Below, piece by piece: positions 19,157 to 28,924 of a DNA stretch of 64,000 nt (positions within the stretch are counted from its first letter, which is position 1; each line of letters starts with the position of its first letter). The notes below the pieces were generated by a model. That model had not been told where the DNA came from. It saw nothing but the letters and a program-made list of their open reading frames with translations, and ran no database searches. This stretch comes from an uncultured Solirubrobacterales bacterium (GTDB taxonomy: Bacteria > Actinomycetota > Thermoleophilia > Solirubrobacterales > Solirubrobacteraceae). A program made the translations under genes and the position numbers. The stretch is from positions 81,705 through 145,704 of the forward strand of contig CAWIKH010000001.1 of assembly GCA_963836715.1 (NCBI GenBank). Reading direction: 5' to 3'.

Positions 19157-20625
19157 GTCTTACTCGACGTGAGGCGATCATCCTCGGGGGCGCGGCGCTG
19201 CTCTCAGCAGGCTGCGGCAGCGCCCGCTCGACCGCCGCCGGCTCGGGGTCGACGCTCGCGTCGACGTGGATCGACCCGGGCGGTACCGGCGCGCTGGCCC
19301 CGGGCCCCGGCGAGCGCCTCCTCGCCCGCACCGAACTCGGTCCGGCGCGCGCTCCGGATGGTGTGATCGCGACGCTCGCCCACGTCACCGACGCGCATGT
19401 CCTCGACGCCTCCTCCCCCGCCCGGGTCCCGTTCCTGGACCGGCTCGGCGCCCCGTTCGAGTCGACCTTCCGCCCCCAGGAGACCGTGACCGCGCAGGTG
19501 CTCGCGGGCGCCACCCGTGCAATCCGCGCGCTGCGCCCGGACGCGGTCATCCAGGGAGGTGACCTGATCGACAACGACCAGCGCAACGAGCTCACGTGGG
19601 CATCGGACGTGCTCCGCGGCAGCTTCGTGCGGCTCGACCGCTACTACGGCGTCCAGTTGGCGAGCGACCCGGATCCGTTCTACTACCGACCCGACCTCGA
19701 CGCTCCACGACATCCCGGGCTACTGTCGCGCGCCGCGCGTCCGTTCCTCAGCGTGGGCGCGGGCGCGCCGGTGTACCCGGTGCTGGGCGATCACGACATC
19801 CTGGTCGCCGGCGAGATCCGACCCACCGACCAGACGCGAGCGCTGGCGGTGGGCGACCAGGCGCTGTGGGAGCTGCCCCCGGGCCTGACCCTGCCGCCGG
19901 GAACTTCGCTGACCGCCGGAGGGTCCCCGGACGGTCCGCCGCTGCCCGGCCTCGTGGACCGCTTCCTCGCCCAGGCGCTGGCCGGACCCAAGGTGCGCGT
20001 CCCGGCGGATGCCGGCCGCGTCGAGATGGATCCACCGGAGGTGATCGGGCGGCTCGGCCGCCCAGGCGAGACGCTCGACTACGGCACCGACATCGGGCCG
20101 GACGTTCGCCTGATCGTGCTCGACCTCGCCCGCCGCGGTGGCGGTTCGGGCGGTCTGGTCCGTCCCGACCAGCCTGGCTGGCTGGCCAGCCAGCTTGGTA
20201 GCTCTGGGAGTCGGTGGGTGATCGTCTTCTCGCACCAGCCGCTGGCGAGCTCCGAGGGCGGCGACCAGCTGCTGTCACTGCTCGACGCCCATCCGCGCGT
20301 GATCGCCGCGGTCTCCGGCCACACCCACCGCAACCTGATCGAGCCCCGGATTACCGCCGCCGCCCGCTTCTGGCTGATCAGCACAGCGTCGCTGATCGAC
20401 TATCCGCAGCAGGCCCGCGCGCTCCGCATCGTCAAGACCGCCGGCGGCGGGGTCGCGATCCAGACGTGGATGCTCGACCACGCCGGCCCCGGCGACCTCG
20501 GCGACCTCGGCGACCTCGGCGCATTCTCCCGCCAGCTCGCCTACCTCGACGCCCAGGGCGGGCGACCGAAGGGGTTCGCCGGAGGGCGCCTCGACCGCAA
20601 CGTCACGCTGTACCGGGCGGGCTAG
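19153..20625 (+). CDS. Tat-exported lipoprotein metallophosphoesterase
   Basis: MSLTRREAII…SAGC signal; TDAHV, GGDLIDN, LGDHD, SHQP, SGHTH. Confidence 0.85.
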   Translation: MSLTRREAIILGGAALLSAGCGSARSTAAGSGSTLASTWIDPGGTGALAPGPGERLLARTELGPARAPDGVIATLAHVTDAHVLDASSPARVPFLDRLGAPFESTFRPQETVTAQVLAGATRAIRALRPDAVIQGGDLIDNDQRNELTWASDVLRGSFVRLDRYYGVQLASDPDPFYYRPDLDAPRHPGLLSRAARPFLSVGAGAPVYPVLGDHDILVAGEIRPTDQTRALAVGDQALWELPPGLTLPPGTSLTAGGSPDGPPLPGLVDRFLAQALAGPKVRVPADAGRVEMDPPEVIGRLGRPGETLDYGTDIGPDVRLIVLDLARRGGGSGGLVRPDQPGWLASQLGSSGSRWVIVFSHQPLASSEGGDQLLSLLDAHPRVIAAVSGHTHRNLIEPRITAAARFWLISTASLIDYPQQARALRIVKTAGGGVAIQTWMLDHAGPGDLGDLGDLGAFSRQLAYLDAQGGRPKGFAGGRLDRNVTLYRAG

Positions 20626-21077
20626 GTCTGCTGGCCGCCGTCGCCGCCGAGCGCGGTCGTGATGTCGGCGATCGCCGCCTGCTCGCCGTCGCTGACCGCC
20701 GTCCCGTGCTCGCGGTGGGCATTGGCGACGTGGTCCGAGAGCGTCAGCACGAACCGGCGGTAGTCGTTCACCTCGTCGGGTGTCGCCTTGCTCTCGAGCA
20801 CCCCGACGGCGTCCCGGACGTGCTCGAGTCCGGCCGTCTTGATCTCGTCGTAGGAGTGATACAGGTGATGGTCGACCTCGGGCTTCGCCGACACGATCGC
20901 GTCGAGCAGCTCGCTCGCGCCGTGCTCCTGGCGCGCCTCGCCGTAGGACTTCGCGATCGCGAAGCTCTCCTTGAACGTCCCGCCCTTCGCGGCCGACGCC
21001 ACGATCAGGCCCGCGGCCGGCGGCCCCTTGAGGACGGTGTCCCACTCCTCTTCGGTGAAATCAGTTTTCGCAGTCAT
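20622..21077 (-). CDS. Conserved hypothetical helical protein
   Basis: MTAKTDFTEEEWDTVL…VSDGEQAAIADITTAL; GC3-rich codon pattern. Confidence 0.7.
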   Translation of the reverse strand: MTAKTDFTEEEWDTVLKGPPAAGLIVASAAKGGTFKESFAIAKSYGEARQEHGASELLDAIVSAKPEVDHHLYHSYDEIKTAGLEHVRDAVGVLESKATPDEVNDYRRFVLTLSDHVANAHREHGTAVSDGEQAAIADITTALGGDGGQQT

Positions 21078-21185
21078 GGCGAGAAGCTTGACAGGTGGGG
21101 CCTCGCTGCGCTCGGCGTCCATGGGGCCATCCACCCTCGTCCCGACGGGGTCTCCTGGCCCCACGGATGCCGGCGAAGCCGGCCC

Positions 21186-22160
21186 CTATCCCACCACGGT
21201 CTCGATCGTCTCGATCGGCTCGAGGTGCGAGATCTCCGACCGCCGGTTCTCCCAGTGCGGCGGGATGCACATGTGCGTGCCGAGCTCGTCGGCGGCCTCG
21301 TCGATCAGGAAGCCCTGCGGCGTGCCGTGGGCGATCTCGACCAGCAGCCCGCTGGGGCTGCGGCAGTACATCGAGAAGAAGTAGCCGCGGTCCTTGGGCT
21401 CCGAGAAGTCGGTGAACCCGAGCCCGACGATCCAGTCCTTGACCTCCTGCTGGTTCTCCGCCGAGACGACGTCGAACGCCTGATGATGGATCGTGCCCTC
21501 GCCGAAGTTCCACGTTCCTTGGGGAAGATCGGGCTCCTCGACCAGCTCGAGCATCCGGCCGTATCCCTGCTCGCCGCCGATCTGGAACTGGTGATGCGGG
21601 CCCTCCGAGGCGAGCAGCTTGCCGCCCATGCCTTCGGTGACGAAGAAGCTCATCGGGTCGGGCTCGCGGACCGAGGTCGTCGTACCGTAGGCGCCGCGGA
21701 TCGCGTGCTGGGCGGGCACGCCGGGACCCTCGTAGGGCTCGCGGTCGTCCGGCTCGCCCTCCCCGACGATCGCGTACTCGATCCCGCAGGGGTGCCGGAA
21801 GTACAGGCGCTCGGTGCCGAACCGCTCGCCCTGCTCGTGCTCGACATCGTGCTCGGACAGGCGATCGGCCCAGAACCCGAGCGAGTCCGCCGGCACCGAC
21901 AGGTTCAGCGACTTCGCCTGGTTGGTTCCGCGCTTGCCCATCCAGCCGGCCTGGCGGTACGGGAACGCCGTGAGCAGCGTGCTCGGGTCGCCGAGGCCGT
22001 TGCCGTAGTACAGGTGGTAGACCGGTATCTCGCCGTCGAACAGCACGGTCTTCTTGACGCTCTTAAGTCCGAGCAGGCGCACGTGGAAGTCGTAGTCCTC
22101 CTGGGCGCCGCCAACGCAGAACGTCAGGTGGTGGGTACCGCGGATGAAGCCCCGAGCCAT
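21186..22160 (-). CDS. VOC-family ring-cleaving dioxygenase (MhqO/PcpA/LinE-like)
   Basis: GTHHLT, LLGLKSVKKTV, YHLYYG, GTIHHQAF, DRGYFFSMY.RSPSGLLVEIA. Confidence 0.88.
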   Translation of the reverse strand: MARGFIRGTHHLTFCVGGAQEDYDFHVRLLGLKSVKKTVLFDGEIPVYHLYYGNGLGDPSTLLTAFPYRQAGWMGKRGTNQAKSLNLSVPADSLGFWADRLSEHDVEHEQGERFGTERLYFRHPCGIEYAIVGEGEPDDREPYEGPGVPAQHAIRGAYGTTTSVREPDPMSFFVTEGMGGKLLASEGPHHQFQIGGEQGYGRMLELVEEPDLPQGTWNFGEGTIHHQAFDVVSAENQQEVKDWIVGLGFTDFSEPKDRGYFFSMYCRSPSGLLVEIAHGTPQGFLIDEAADELGTHMCIPPHWENRRSEISHLEPIETIETVVG

Positions 22161-22253
22161 GATCCTGCTCCTCTTCCTCGTGTTGACTTGTGGCCCGCCC
22201 ACCCGATTCTAACTTGAGCACGCAAGCGCTCCTAGGACGCCCGTGCCGCGGTC

Positions 22254-23084
22254 CTAGGACGTGAGCGCGGCGCCCGTGCTCATCAGCCAATCCGCGAAGG
22301 CGCCGCCGGTAACGACCCACGTGCGGCGCTCTCGCGCGAGCTCGGCGATGAATGCGAGCAGCCTCGAAACCCCGCCGGCCCAGCCCTTCCCGAGCATCAG
22401 GAACGGGTGCAGGACCAGCGTCCGCAGGCTGCCGGTGACGGCCAGCTCCTGGAGCTCGTCCTCGAACTGATCTGCGAGCACTCCGGGCTCCAGCGAGGGC
22501 CCCGGGTCACCGCGCGCGACCCGCAACGGAGCGAAGCTGTCCATCAGGTGGTACGCGTCGACGAAGTTCCAAGCGAACGGGACGTATGCCAGGCCACGGC
22601 GCACGCCGGCCGTGCCATCCGCCGGTGAGCACCACCTCAGACCGGCCTCGCGCAGCAACGCCGGCGAACGCGAGTTCAGCTCGCCGCCCGGCGGTCGGAA
22701 TCCCCGCGCTTCGATGCCGAGGCCCGCGAACGCCCCGACGGCGCGGGTCAGGATCTCGCGTTCGTCGGCGGCCGACAGCGAGGCCCATTCCTCGTGACGC
22801 CAGCCGTGGAGCCCGAGCTCGTGCCCGCGAGCCGCGATCTGGCGAACGGCGTCTGGGTACAACTCGCAGTTGATCGCCTCGACGAAGAACGTGGCGCGCA
22901 GGCCGTGGACGTCGAGTTCGTCGAGCAGCCACGGCAGCGCCACCGTCACCGACGGATCATTCCCGACCGGCTCGTCCGCCGGCTTCGTGCCGCGTTCGAG
23001 CGCGCGAGCCTCGCCGAGATTGTCGATCGTCAGGACGAGCGCGCTTGGCAACCCGGCTGGCCCGAAATTCCCCACAAGCGGCAT
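22254..23084 (-). CDS. Polysaccharide deacetylase (NodB/PuuE-like) family protein
   Basis: RATFFVE, GHELGLHGWRHE, GFRPPGG, LHPF. Confidence 0.82.
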   Translation of the reverse strand: MPLVGNFGPAGLPSALVLTIDNLGEARALERGTKPADEPVGNDPSVTVALPWLLDELDVHGLRATFFVEAINCELYPDAVRQIAARGHELGLHGWRHEEWASLSAADEREILTRAVGAFAGLGIEARGFRPPGGELNSRSPALLREAGLRWCSPADGTAGVRRGLAYVPFAWNFVDAYHLMDSFAPLRVARGDPGPSLEPGVLADQFEDELQELAVTGSLRTLVLHPFLMLGKGWAGGVSRLLAFIAELARERRTWVVTGGAFADWLMSTGAALTS

Positions 23085-23116
23085 CGTAAACAGCGCCGAC
23101 GCAATACTTCGTGACG

Positions 23117-23857
23117 ATGGCGAGTTCCGGACAAGCCTCCCGCGTGGCCCTGGTCACCGGCGGGGCGGGAAGCATCGGCCGTGCGATCGTGCGCGCGCTG
23201 GCGGACGACGGCCACCGTGTGGTGGCCGGCGACATCGCCGACGGCGCGCCCGACGAGGCGGCGCTCGCCGTTCACCTCGACGTGACCGACAGCGGCTCGG
23301 TCGACGACGCCGTCACGTGCACCGAGCGCGAGCTCGGGCCGATCGAGATCCTCGTCAACACGGCCGGCTGGGACGAGTTCCACCCCTTCCTGGAGACCGA
23401 CGAGGACTTTTGGGCCCGGATCATCGAGCTCAACTACAAAGGGTGCCTGCGGGTGTGCCGGCGGGTGGTGCCGGGAATGGTGACCGCGGGGTACGGCCGC
23501 GTGGTCAACATCTCCTCGGACGCCGCCCGGGTCGGCTCGTCGCTCGAGGCCGTGTACGCCGGCGCCAAGGCCGGCCAGGTGGCGTTCGGGAAGACGCTCG
23601 CGCGCGAGGTTGCGCGCCACGGTGTCACGGTGAACAGCGTGTGCCCCGGGCCGACCGAGACGCCGCTGCTCGACGGGCTGCTGGGGGCCGGCGAGGACAG
23701 CGCGAAGATGGTCGAGGCGCTCCGCCGGGCCGTGCCGATGCGACGGCTTGGACGGCCCGAGGACGTGGCCGCCGCGGTCGCGTTCCTGGCCTCGGACGCC
23801 GCCGGCTACATCACCGGGCAGACGCTGTCGGTCAGCGGCGGGCTGACGATGGCCTGA
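23117..23857 (+). CDS. badH: SDR dehydrogenase, 2-hydroxycyclohexanecarboxyl-CoA dehydrogenase-like
   Basis: TGGAGSIG, NTAGWD..PF, SSDAARVGSSLEAVYAGAK, CPGPTETPLL, SVSGGLTM; adjacent to badI-like gene. Confidence 0.7.
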   Translation: MASSGQASRVALVTGGAGSIGRAIVRALADDGHRVVAGDIADGAPDEAALAVHLDVTDSGSVDDAVTCTERELGPIEILVNTAGWDEFHPFLETDEDFWARIIELNYKGCLRVCRRVVPGMVTAGYGRVVNISSDAARVGSSLEAVYAGAKAGQVAFGKTLAREVARHGVTVNSVCPGPTETPLLDGLLGAGEDSAKMVEALRRAVPMRRLGRPEDVAAAVAFLASDAAGYITGQTLSVSGGLTMA

Positions 23858-23874
23858 GACCAAAGGAGAGACGG

Positions 23875-24675
23875 ATGGATTTGACCGACACTCGTTATGA
23901 GGTCGAGAACGGTCTGGCCTGGATCACGATCGACCGGCCCGACCGGATGAACGCCTTCCGGGCGAGAACGGTCGACGAATTGATCCATCTGTTCACGCGC
24001 GCCTGGGCGTCGTCCGAGGTCGGCGTGATCTGCTTGACCGGCGCCGGCGACCGGGCGTTCTGCGCCGGCGGCGATCAGAAGCAGCGCGAGGAGACCGGCG
24101 ACTACGGCCCGAGCGAGTCGGGGCTGTTCGAGATCGAGCGGCTCCACCGCCTGATCCGCGACGTCCCCAAGCCGGTGATCGCCGCGGTCGACGGGGTCGC
24201 GATTGGCGGCGGCCACGTGCTCCACGTCGTCTGCGACGTGACAATCGCGGCCGACACGGCCACCTTCGGCCAGGTCGGTCCGCGGGTCGGCTCGTTCGAT
24301 GGCGGCTTCGGGACGGCGTATCTCGCGCGGGTCGTCGGCGAGAAGCGCGCCCGCGAGATCTGGTTCCGCTGCCGGCGCTACGACGCCTATACGGCCGAGC
24401 GCTGGGGGCTCGTCAACCAGGTGGTGCCTCTGGACCGGCTGCGCCAGGTGGTTCGCGTCTGGGCCGACGACATGCTGGCGCTGTCCCCGACCGCGCTGCG
24501 GTTCCTCAAGCAGTCGTTCAACGCCGACACCGAGCACATCGCCGGGATCGCCGGGCTGTCGTTCAGCGGACTGGGGCTGTACCTCGAAACCGACGAGGCA
24601 AAGGAGGGGGTCCGCGCGTTCAGCGAGAACCGGACCCCGGACTTCGGGTCTCACCGGGCGGGCGCGTCCCGCTGA
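23875..24675 (+). CDS. badI: Crotonase-family 2-ketocyclohexanecarboxyl-CoA hydrolase (BadI/MenB-like)
   Basis: AAGGAG SD; RPDRMNAFR, FCAGGDQK, GGGHVLHVVCD, GQVGPRVGSFDGGFG, LKQSFNADT. Confidence 0.72.
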   Translation: MDLTDTRYEVENGLAWITIDRPDRMNAFRARTVDELIHLFTRAWASSEVGVICLTGAGDRAFCAGGDQKQREETGDYGPSESGLFEIERLHRLIRDVPKPVIAAVDGVAIGGGHVLHVVCDVTIAADTATFGQVGPRVGSFDGGFGTAYLARVVGEKRAREIWFRCRRYDAYTAERWGLVNQVVPLDRLRQVVRVWADDMLALSPTALRFLKQSFNADTEHIAGIAGLSFSGLGLYLETDEAKEGVRAFSENRTPDFGSHRAGASR

Positions 24676-24732
24676 GTGGAAAATAGCGGTTGTACAAGCT
24701 TGTCCGGTTCAGGTGCACAACCCTATTTTCAC
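24676..24732. repeat. Imperfect AT-rich inverted repeat (REP-like) between convergent genes
   Basis: gtggaaaatagcggttgtaca … tgcacaaccctattttcac. Confidence 0.7.
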
Positions 24733-24800
24733 CCGCCCCGGGGGGCCGCCAGGCCAGGGAAACTAGTTACAGCGCGCCGGCGGGGTGCGTGTCGCCGCGA

Positions 24801-25181
24801 CTACGCGTCGGCGGCGGCGCGGAGCACCGAGTCGATCAGTCCCGGGAACCGCTGCTCGAGATCGTCGCGGCGCAACGAGTTCAGCCGCGTCGTCCCCTCG
24901 AGCCGCTGGCGGATCACGCCGGCCTCGCGCAGCACCTTGAAGTGGTGCGTGCACGTCGACTTGGTCACCGGGAGCTCGAAGCTCCCGCAGGGCCGCTGAG
25001 CTCCGGCGGCAAGACCGGTCACGATCCGCAGGCGCATCGGGTCGCTGAGGGCGTGGAGGACGGCCGCCAATCCGATCTCGTCAGCGGCCGGGTGCGGGAG
25101 CGACTCGACGGGCACGCCGGCCCCCGCAACCACTGCCGTAGCCGCGGCGTAAACCTCGGTCCGTGTGACCTCGATGCCCAT
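24801..25181 (-). CDS. ArsR family transcriptional regulator
   Basis: LHALSDPMRLRIV, KSTCTHHFKVLREAGVI, LRRDDLEQRFPGL. Confidence 0.88.
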   Translation of the reverse strand: MGIEVTRTEVYAAATAVVAGAGVPVESLPHPAADEIGLAAVLHALSDPMRLRIVTGLAAGAQRPCGSFELPVTKSTCTHHFKVLREAGVIRQRLEGTTRLNSLRRDDLEQRFPGLIDSVLRAAADA

Positions 25182-25199
25182 TGCGCTCACTCCCATCAT

Positions 25200-25247
25200 A
25201 GTACGACGATCATCAAACATCTGCTATGGTTCGATAAACATCGTACT
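25200..25247. promoter_or_regulatory. Two inverted operator-like boxes in the arsR/MFS divergent region
   Basis: agtacgacgatcatcaaac (25200-25218) resembles the reverse complement of gttcgataaacatcgtact (25229-25247). Confidence 0.6.
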
Positions 25248-25308
25248 CCGGGGCGGAGATTCGGCGAGAAGGCTGTCGAACCGGCCCGGTTCCGATCGTC
25301 ATCCCTAT

Positions 25309-26760
25309 ATGAGAACGACTTCACCCGAACGCCCCAACCTCCGCGCCACGCTGCTGCTGTGCTGCCTGGCCCAATTCATGGTGATCCTCGACGTGTCCGT
25401 CGTGAACGTCGCGCTTCCCTCGATCCGCAACTCGTTGCATTTCTCCGAGCAGGACCTGCAATGGGTCGTCAACGCATACACGGTCACATTCGCCGGCTTC
25501 CTGCTCCTCGGCGGCCGCGCCGCTGACCTGATCGGGCGCCGGCGTGTGTTCGTCTTCGGGCTCACGCTGTTTGCGCTCGCGTCGCTCGCCGGCGGCCTCG
25601 CCGACACCAAGGTCCTGTTGATCGCCGCCCGCGGGGTGCAGGGCCTCGGCGGCGCGATCGTCGCCCCGGCTTCGTTGTCGATCCTCACGACCACGTTCAA
25701 GGAGGGCCCGGCCCGTAACCGCGCGGTCGGCATCTGGGGCGCGATGGGAGGCGCCGGCGGCGCCGCCGGCGTGCTTCTGGGCGGCGTGCTTACCGACCTG
25801 CTGAGCTGGCGGTGGATCCTGTTCATCAACGTCCCGATCGGCCTGACCGCGGCCGTGCTGGCCGAGCGCTACATCGTCGCGGGTCGCGCCGAGCGGAGCG
25901 AGCGGAACTTCGACCTAGCCGGCGCGCTCACCGCGACGCTCGGGCTGTCGCTGCTCGTGCTCGGCATCGTCCGCACCGACGCCACCGGCTGGGGCTCGAT
26001 CCCGACGCTGGCGCTGATGGCTGCGGGCATCGTGCTCCTGGCGGCGTTCGTCGCGATCGAGGGCCGCTTCGCGCAGGCTCCGCTGATGCCGCTCCGGATC
26101 TACGCGTCGCGCACCCTGCGCGCGTCGAACGTCGTCGTGTTCCTGCTCGGCGCCTCGACGTTCGCAATGTGGTTCTTCCTGTCGCTGTACCTCCAGCAGG
26201 TACGCGGGTACTCGCCGCTGCACGCGGGGCTGGCGTTCCTCCCGATGACGCTCTCGATCGTCGTCGCGTCGACGCTCGCCTCGCGAGGTGTGACGCGCGT
26301 CGGAGCGAAGCCTCTTCTGGTCGCCGGCATGAGCCTCCTGGCCCTGGGCCTGGTGCTGTTCACCTCGCTCTCGCCCGGCGGAACCTACCTCGGCGACATT
26401 TTCGTCCCCTCGCTGCTGGCGGCAGTCGGAATGGGGATGGCCTTTGTCCCGGTGACGATCGCGGCGGTCTCGGGCGTCGCGCCCCACGAAGCTGGCCTTG
26501 CCTCGGGCCTCGTAAATACGTCCCGCCTGTTCGGCGGCGCGCTCGGGCTCGCCATCCTCGCCGCGATCGCCACCGCGCACACCAACAGCGACCTGCGGCA
26601 CGCCGTAGGGATGCACGCCGCGCTGACCCACGGGTTCGTCGTCGCGTTTGCGATCGCCGCCGCGTTCGCGGCAGTGGGCGCGGTGACCGCGGCGCTCGGG
26701 CTGCCGCAGGTCTCGCTCAGGGCGTCGCGCCGGCAGGCGATCGCCGCCGAAGGCGCGTAG
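25309..26760 (+). CDS. MFS drug:H+ antiporter (DHA2, 14-TM)
   Basis: LDVSVVNVALPSI, GGRAADLIGRRR, WRWILFINVPIG. Confidence 0.92.
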   Translation: MRTTSPERPNLRATLLLCCLAQFMVILDVSVVNVALPSIRNSLHFSEQDLQWVVNAYTVTFAGFLLLGGRAADLIGRRRVFVFGLTLFALASLAGGLADTKVLLIAARGVQGLGGAIVAPASLSILTTTFKEGPARNRAVGIWGAMGGAGGAAGVLLGGVLTDLLSWRWILFINVPIGLTAAVLAERYIVAGRAERSERNFDLAGALTATLGLSLLVLGIVRTDATGWGSIPTLALMAAGIVLLAAFVAIEGRFAQAPLMPLRIYASRTLRASNVVVFLLGASTFAMWFFLSLYLQQVRGYSPLHAGLAFLPMTLSIVVASTLASRGVTRVGAKPLLVAGMSLLALGLVLFTSLSPGGTYLGDIFVPSLLAAVGMGMAFVPVTIAAVSGVAPHEAGLASGLVNTSRLFGGALGLAILAAIATAHTNSDLRHAVGMHAALTHGFVVAFAIAAAFAAVGAVTAALGLPQVSLRASRRQAIAAEGA

Positions 26761-26837
26761 CCCTCCGGCGCGTCGAAGTTCGGCGCTTCGGTGGCGCGGC
26801 GACATCCGCGGCTCCGGCGGGGGAGAATCAGCGCGCC

Positions 26838-27776
26838 ATGGCCCGTTGCTTCGTCACCCGCCGGCTGCCCTTCCTCGCGCTCGACCGGCTGAGCGCGGTT
26901 CACGACGTCGACATCTGGCCCGAGCGCCTACCGCCGCGATACGAGGAGCTCGTCGCGCGCGCCGCCGATGCCGAGGGGCTGTTGACGCTGTTGACCGACC
27001 GAGTCGATGCTTCGCTGATCGATCACTCTCCCGGGCTGCGGGCGATCTCGAACTATGCGGTCGGGTACGACAACGTCGATCTCGATGCCGCCTCCGCCCG
27101 GGGGATCCCGGTCGGCAACACGCCGGACGTGCTCACCGACGCCACCGCCGATCTGACGTTCGCGCTGCTGCTCGGGGCGGCACGGAAGCTGCCCGAGGCG
27201 ATCGCCGCGGTTGGCGACGGTGACTGGCTGACGTGGGAGCCGGCGCAGTACCTCGGCGCCGCCGTCAACGGTGCGACGCTCGGGATCATCGGGTTCGGGC
27301 GGATCGGGCGCGCGGTGGCGCGCCGGGCTTCGGGGTTCGACATGAAGGTCGTGCACACCGGGAATGGTTCGAGCTCAGGGGAAACGCTCGCGACGCTGCT
27401 CGAGCGCTCGGATTTCGTCTCGCTCCACTGCCCGCTGACACTCGAGACGTACCACCTGATCGACGACGCCGCGCTGTCGCGGATGAAGTCGAGCGCGATC
27501 CTGGTCAACACCGCCCGAGGGCCGATCGTCGACCACGACGCGTTGAGGCGCGCGCTGATCTCGGGGCAGATCGCGGGCGCCGCGCTCGACGTCACCGACC
27601 CCGAGCCCCTGCCGCGTGATGACCCGCTGCTCGAGGCCCCCAACCTGATCGTCGTCCCCCACATCGGCTCGGCCACCCGAGCCGCGCGCGAGCGGATGGC
27701 GGACCTGGCGGTCGACAACCTGCTCGCCGGCCTCGACGGGCAGCCGATGCCTTACCAGGTCAACGCCGCTCGTTGA
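26838..27776 (+). CDS. D-2-hydroxyacid dehydrogenase (glyoxylate/hydroxypyruvate reductase-like)
   Basis: AVGYDNVD, NTPDVLT, GIIGFGRIG, VNTARGPIVD, ALDVTDPEP, PHIGSAT. Confidence 0.92.
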   Translation: MARCFVTRRLPFLALDRLSAVHDVDIWPERLPPRYEELVARAADAEGLLTLLTDRVDASLIDHSPGLRAISNYAVGYDNVDLDAASARGIPVGNTPDVLTDATADLTFALLLGAARKLPEAIAAVGDGDWLTWEPAQYLGAAVNGATLGIIGFGRIGRAVARRASGFDMKVVHTGNGSSSGETLATLLERSDFVSLHCPLTLETYHLIDDAALSRMKSSAILVNTARGPIVDHDALRRALISGQIAGAALDVTDPEPLPRDDPLLEAPNLIVVPHIGSATRAARERMADLAVDNLLAGLDGQPMPYQVNAAR

Positions 27777-27777
27777 G

Positions 27778-28695
27778 GTGCGCCGCGGGGTCGTCGACAT
27801 CGGCACGAACTCGACGCGGCTGTTCCTGGCCGACGTCGACGGCGGTGTCGTGGGCGACGTGCTCGAGCGCCGGACGGTGATCACGCGGCTGGGAGCCGGG
27901 GTGGATGCGGATGGGCGGCTCGCCGACGACGCGATGCGGCGCGTACATGCGGTGCTGGACGAGTACCGCGCGGTGATCGACCGCCACGGTGGCGCTCGGG
28001 TCGTCGCGGTCATGACCAGCGCGGTCAGGGATGCGGCCAACGGCGCGGCGTTCGCTCGGACGGTCGGTGATCGGTGGGGGTTCGAGCCTCACATCCTGAC
28101 CGGGGGCGACGAGGCCCGGCTCACGTTCCTCGGCGCCACCAGCGAGCGCGATCCCGGCGACCGCGCGCCGACGCTCGTCGTCGACATCGGCGGCGGCTCG
28201 ACCGAGTTCGTGATCGGAACCGGCCGCGAGGTCACTTACCACGTGTCCAATCAGGCCGGCGTCGTCCGCCAGACCGAGCGCCACCTCCATTCCGATCCTC
28301 CGACGAGCGACGAGTGCGACGTGCTGGCCCGCGACGTTCGGGCCGTGTTTGCCGCCGGAGTGCCCGAGGAGCGCCGGCGGTCGGTGGCGCACGCGATCGG
28401 GGTGGCGGGGACCGCGACCTCGATGGCCTCGATCGCCCAGGGGCTCGAGCCCTACGACCCGGACAAGGTCGAGGGGTACGTGGTGAGCGAGGCGGAGTGC
28501 CGGCGGATCCTCGCTCGGCTGGCGGGGCTGACCCTGGAGGAGCGCCGCCGGGTGCGCGGACTGCATCCCGACCGGGCGCCGACGATCGTCGCCGGCGTGA
28601 TCATCCTGCTCGAGGCGCTGGCGCTGTTCGGCCTGAGCTCGTTCGAGGTCTCCGAGCACGACATCCTGCGCGGGGCCGCGCTCGGGTTGACCTGA
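27778..28695 (+). CDS. Ppx/GppA exopolyphosphatase
   Basis: VDIGTNSTRL, TSAVRDA, EARLTFLG, DIGGGSTE, SEHDILRG. Confidence 0.92.
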   Translation: MRRGVVDIGTNSTRLFLADVDGGVVGDVLERRTVITRLGAGVDADGRLADDAMRRVHAVLDEYRAVIDRHGGARVVAVMTSAVRDAANGAAFARTVGDRWGFEPHILTGGDEARLTFLGATSERDPGDRAPTLVVDIGGGSTEFVIGTGREVTYHVSNQAGVVRQTERHLHSDPPTSDECDVLARDVRAVFAAGVPEERRRSVAHAIGVAGTATSMASIAQGLEPYDPDKVEGYVVSEAECRRILARLAGLTLEERRRVRGLHPDRAPTIVAGVIILLEALALFGLSSFEVSEHDILRGAALGLT

Positions 28696-28924
28696 GTCGC
28701 ACCGGCGCGAACGACGGGCAGCGGGCATATCGTCTCGGCATGGGTCTGCGGCGTTCGTGGCGGCCCGCTGCTCTCCTGACGGACCTCACGACTGATCACG
28801 GCGCCCGCCGACATGCATAACGCGTCACCGGACCGACTTCGAGCCGACCGTGCCGTATCGCGCATGCGTGGCATGCGTCGTGCGTCACGGTCACGCCTTC
28901 CGGCCCCGATTGTCGTGTTTTGCA

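Noticed and set aside
20491-20520. ggcgacctc x3 (GDL), and likewise the GAPQAV duplication near 14205-14245
   Set aside because: Ordinary short in-frame slippage, unrelated in sequence to the SAAPDGGAL element.
28700-28920. Intergenic stretch with short palindromes (gcatgc, atgcat)
   Set aside because: No convincing ORF, extended stem or second copy could be established by eye.
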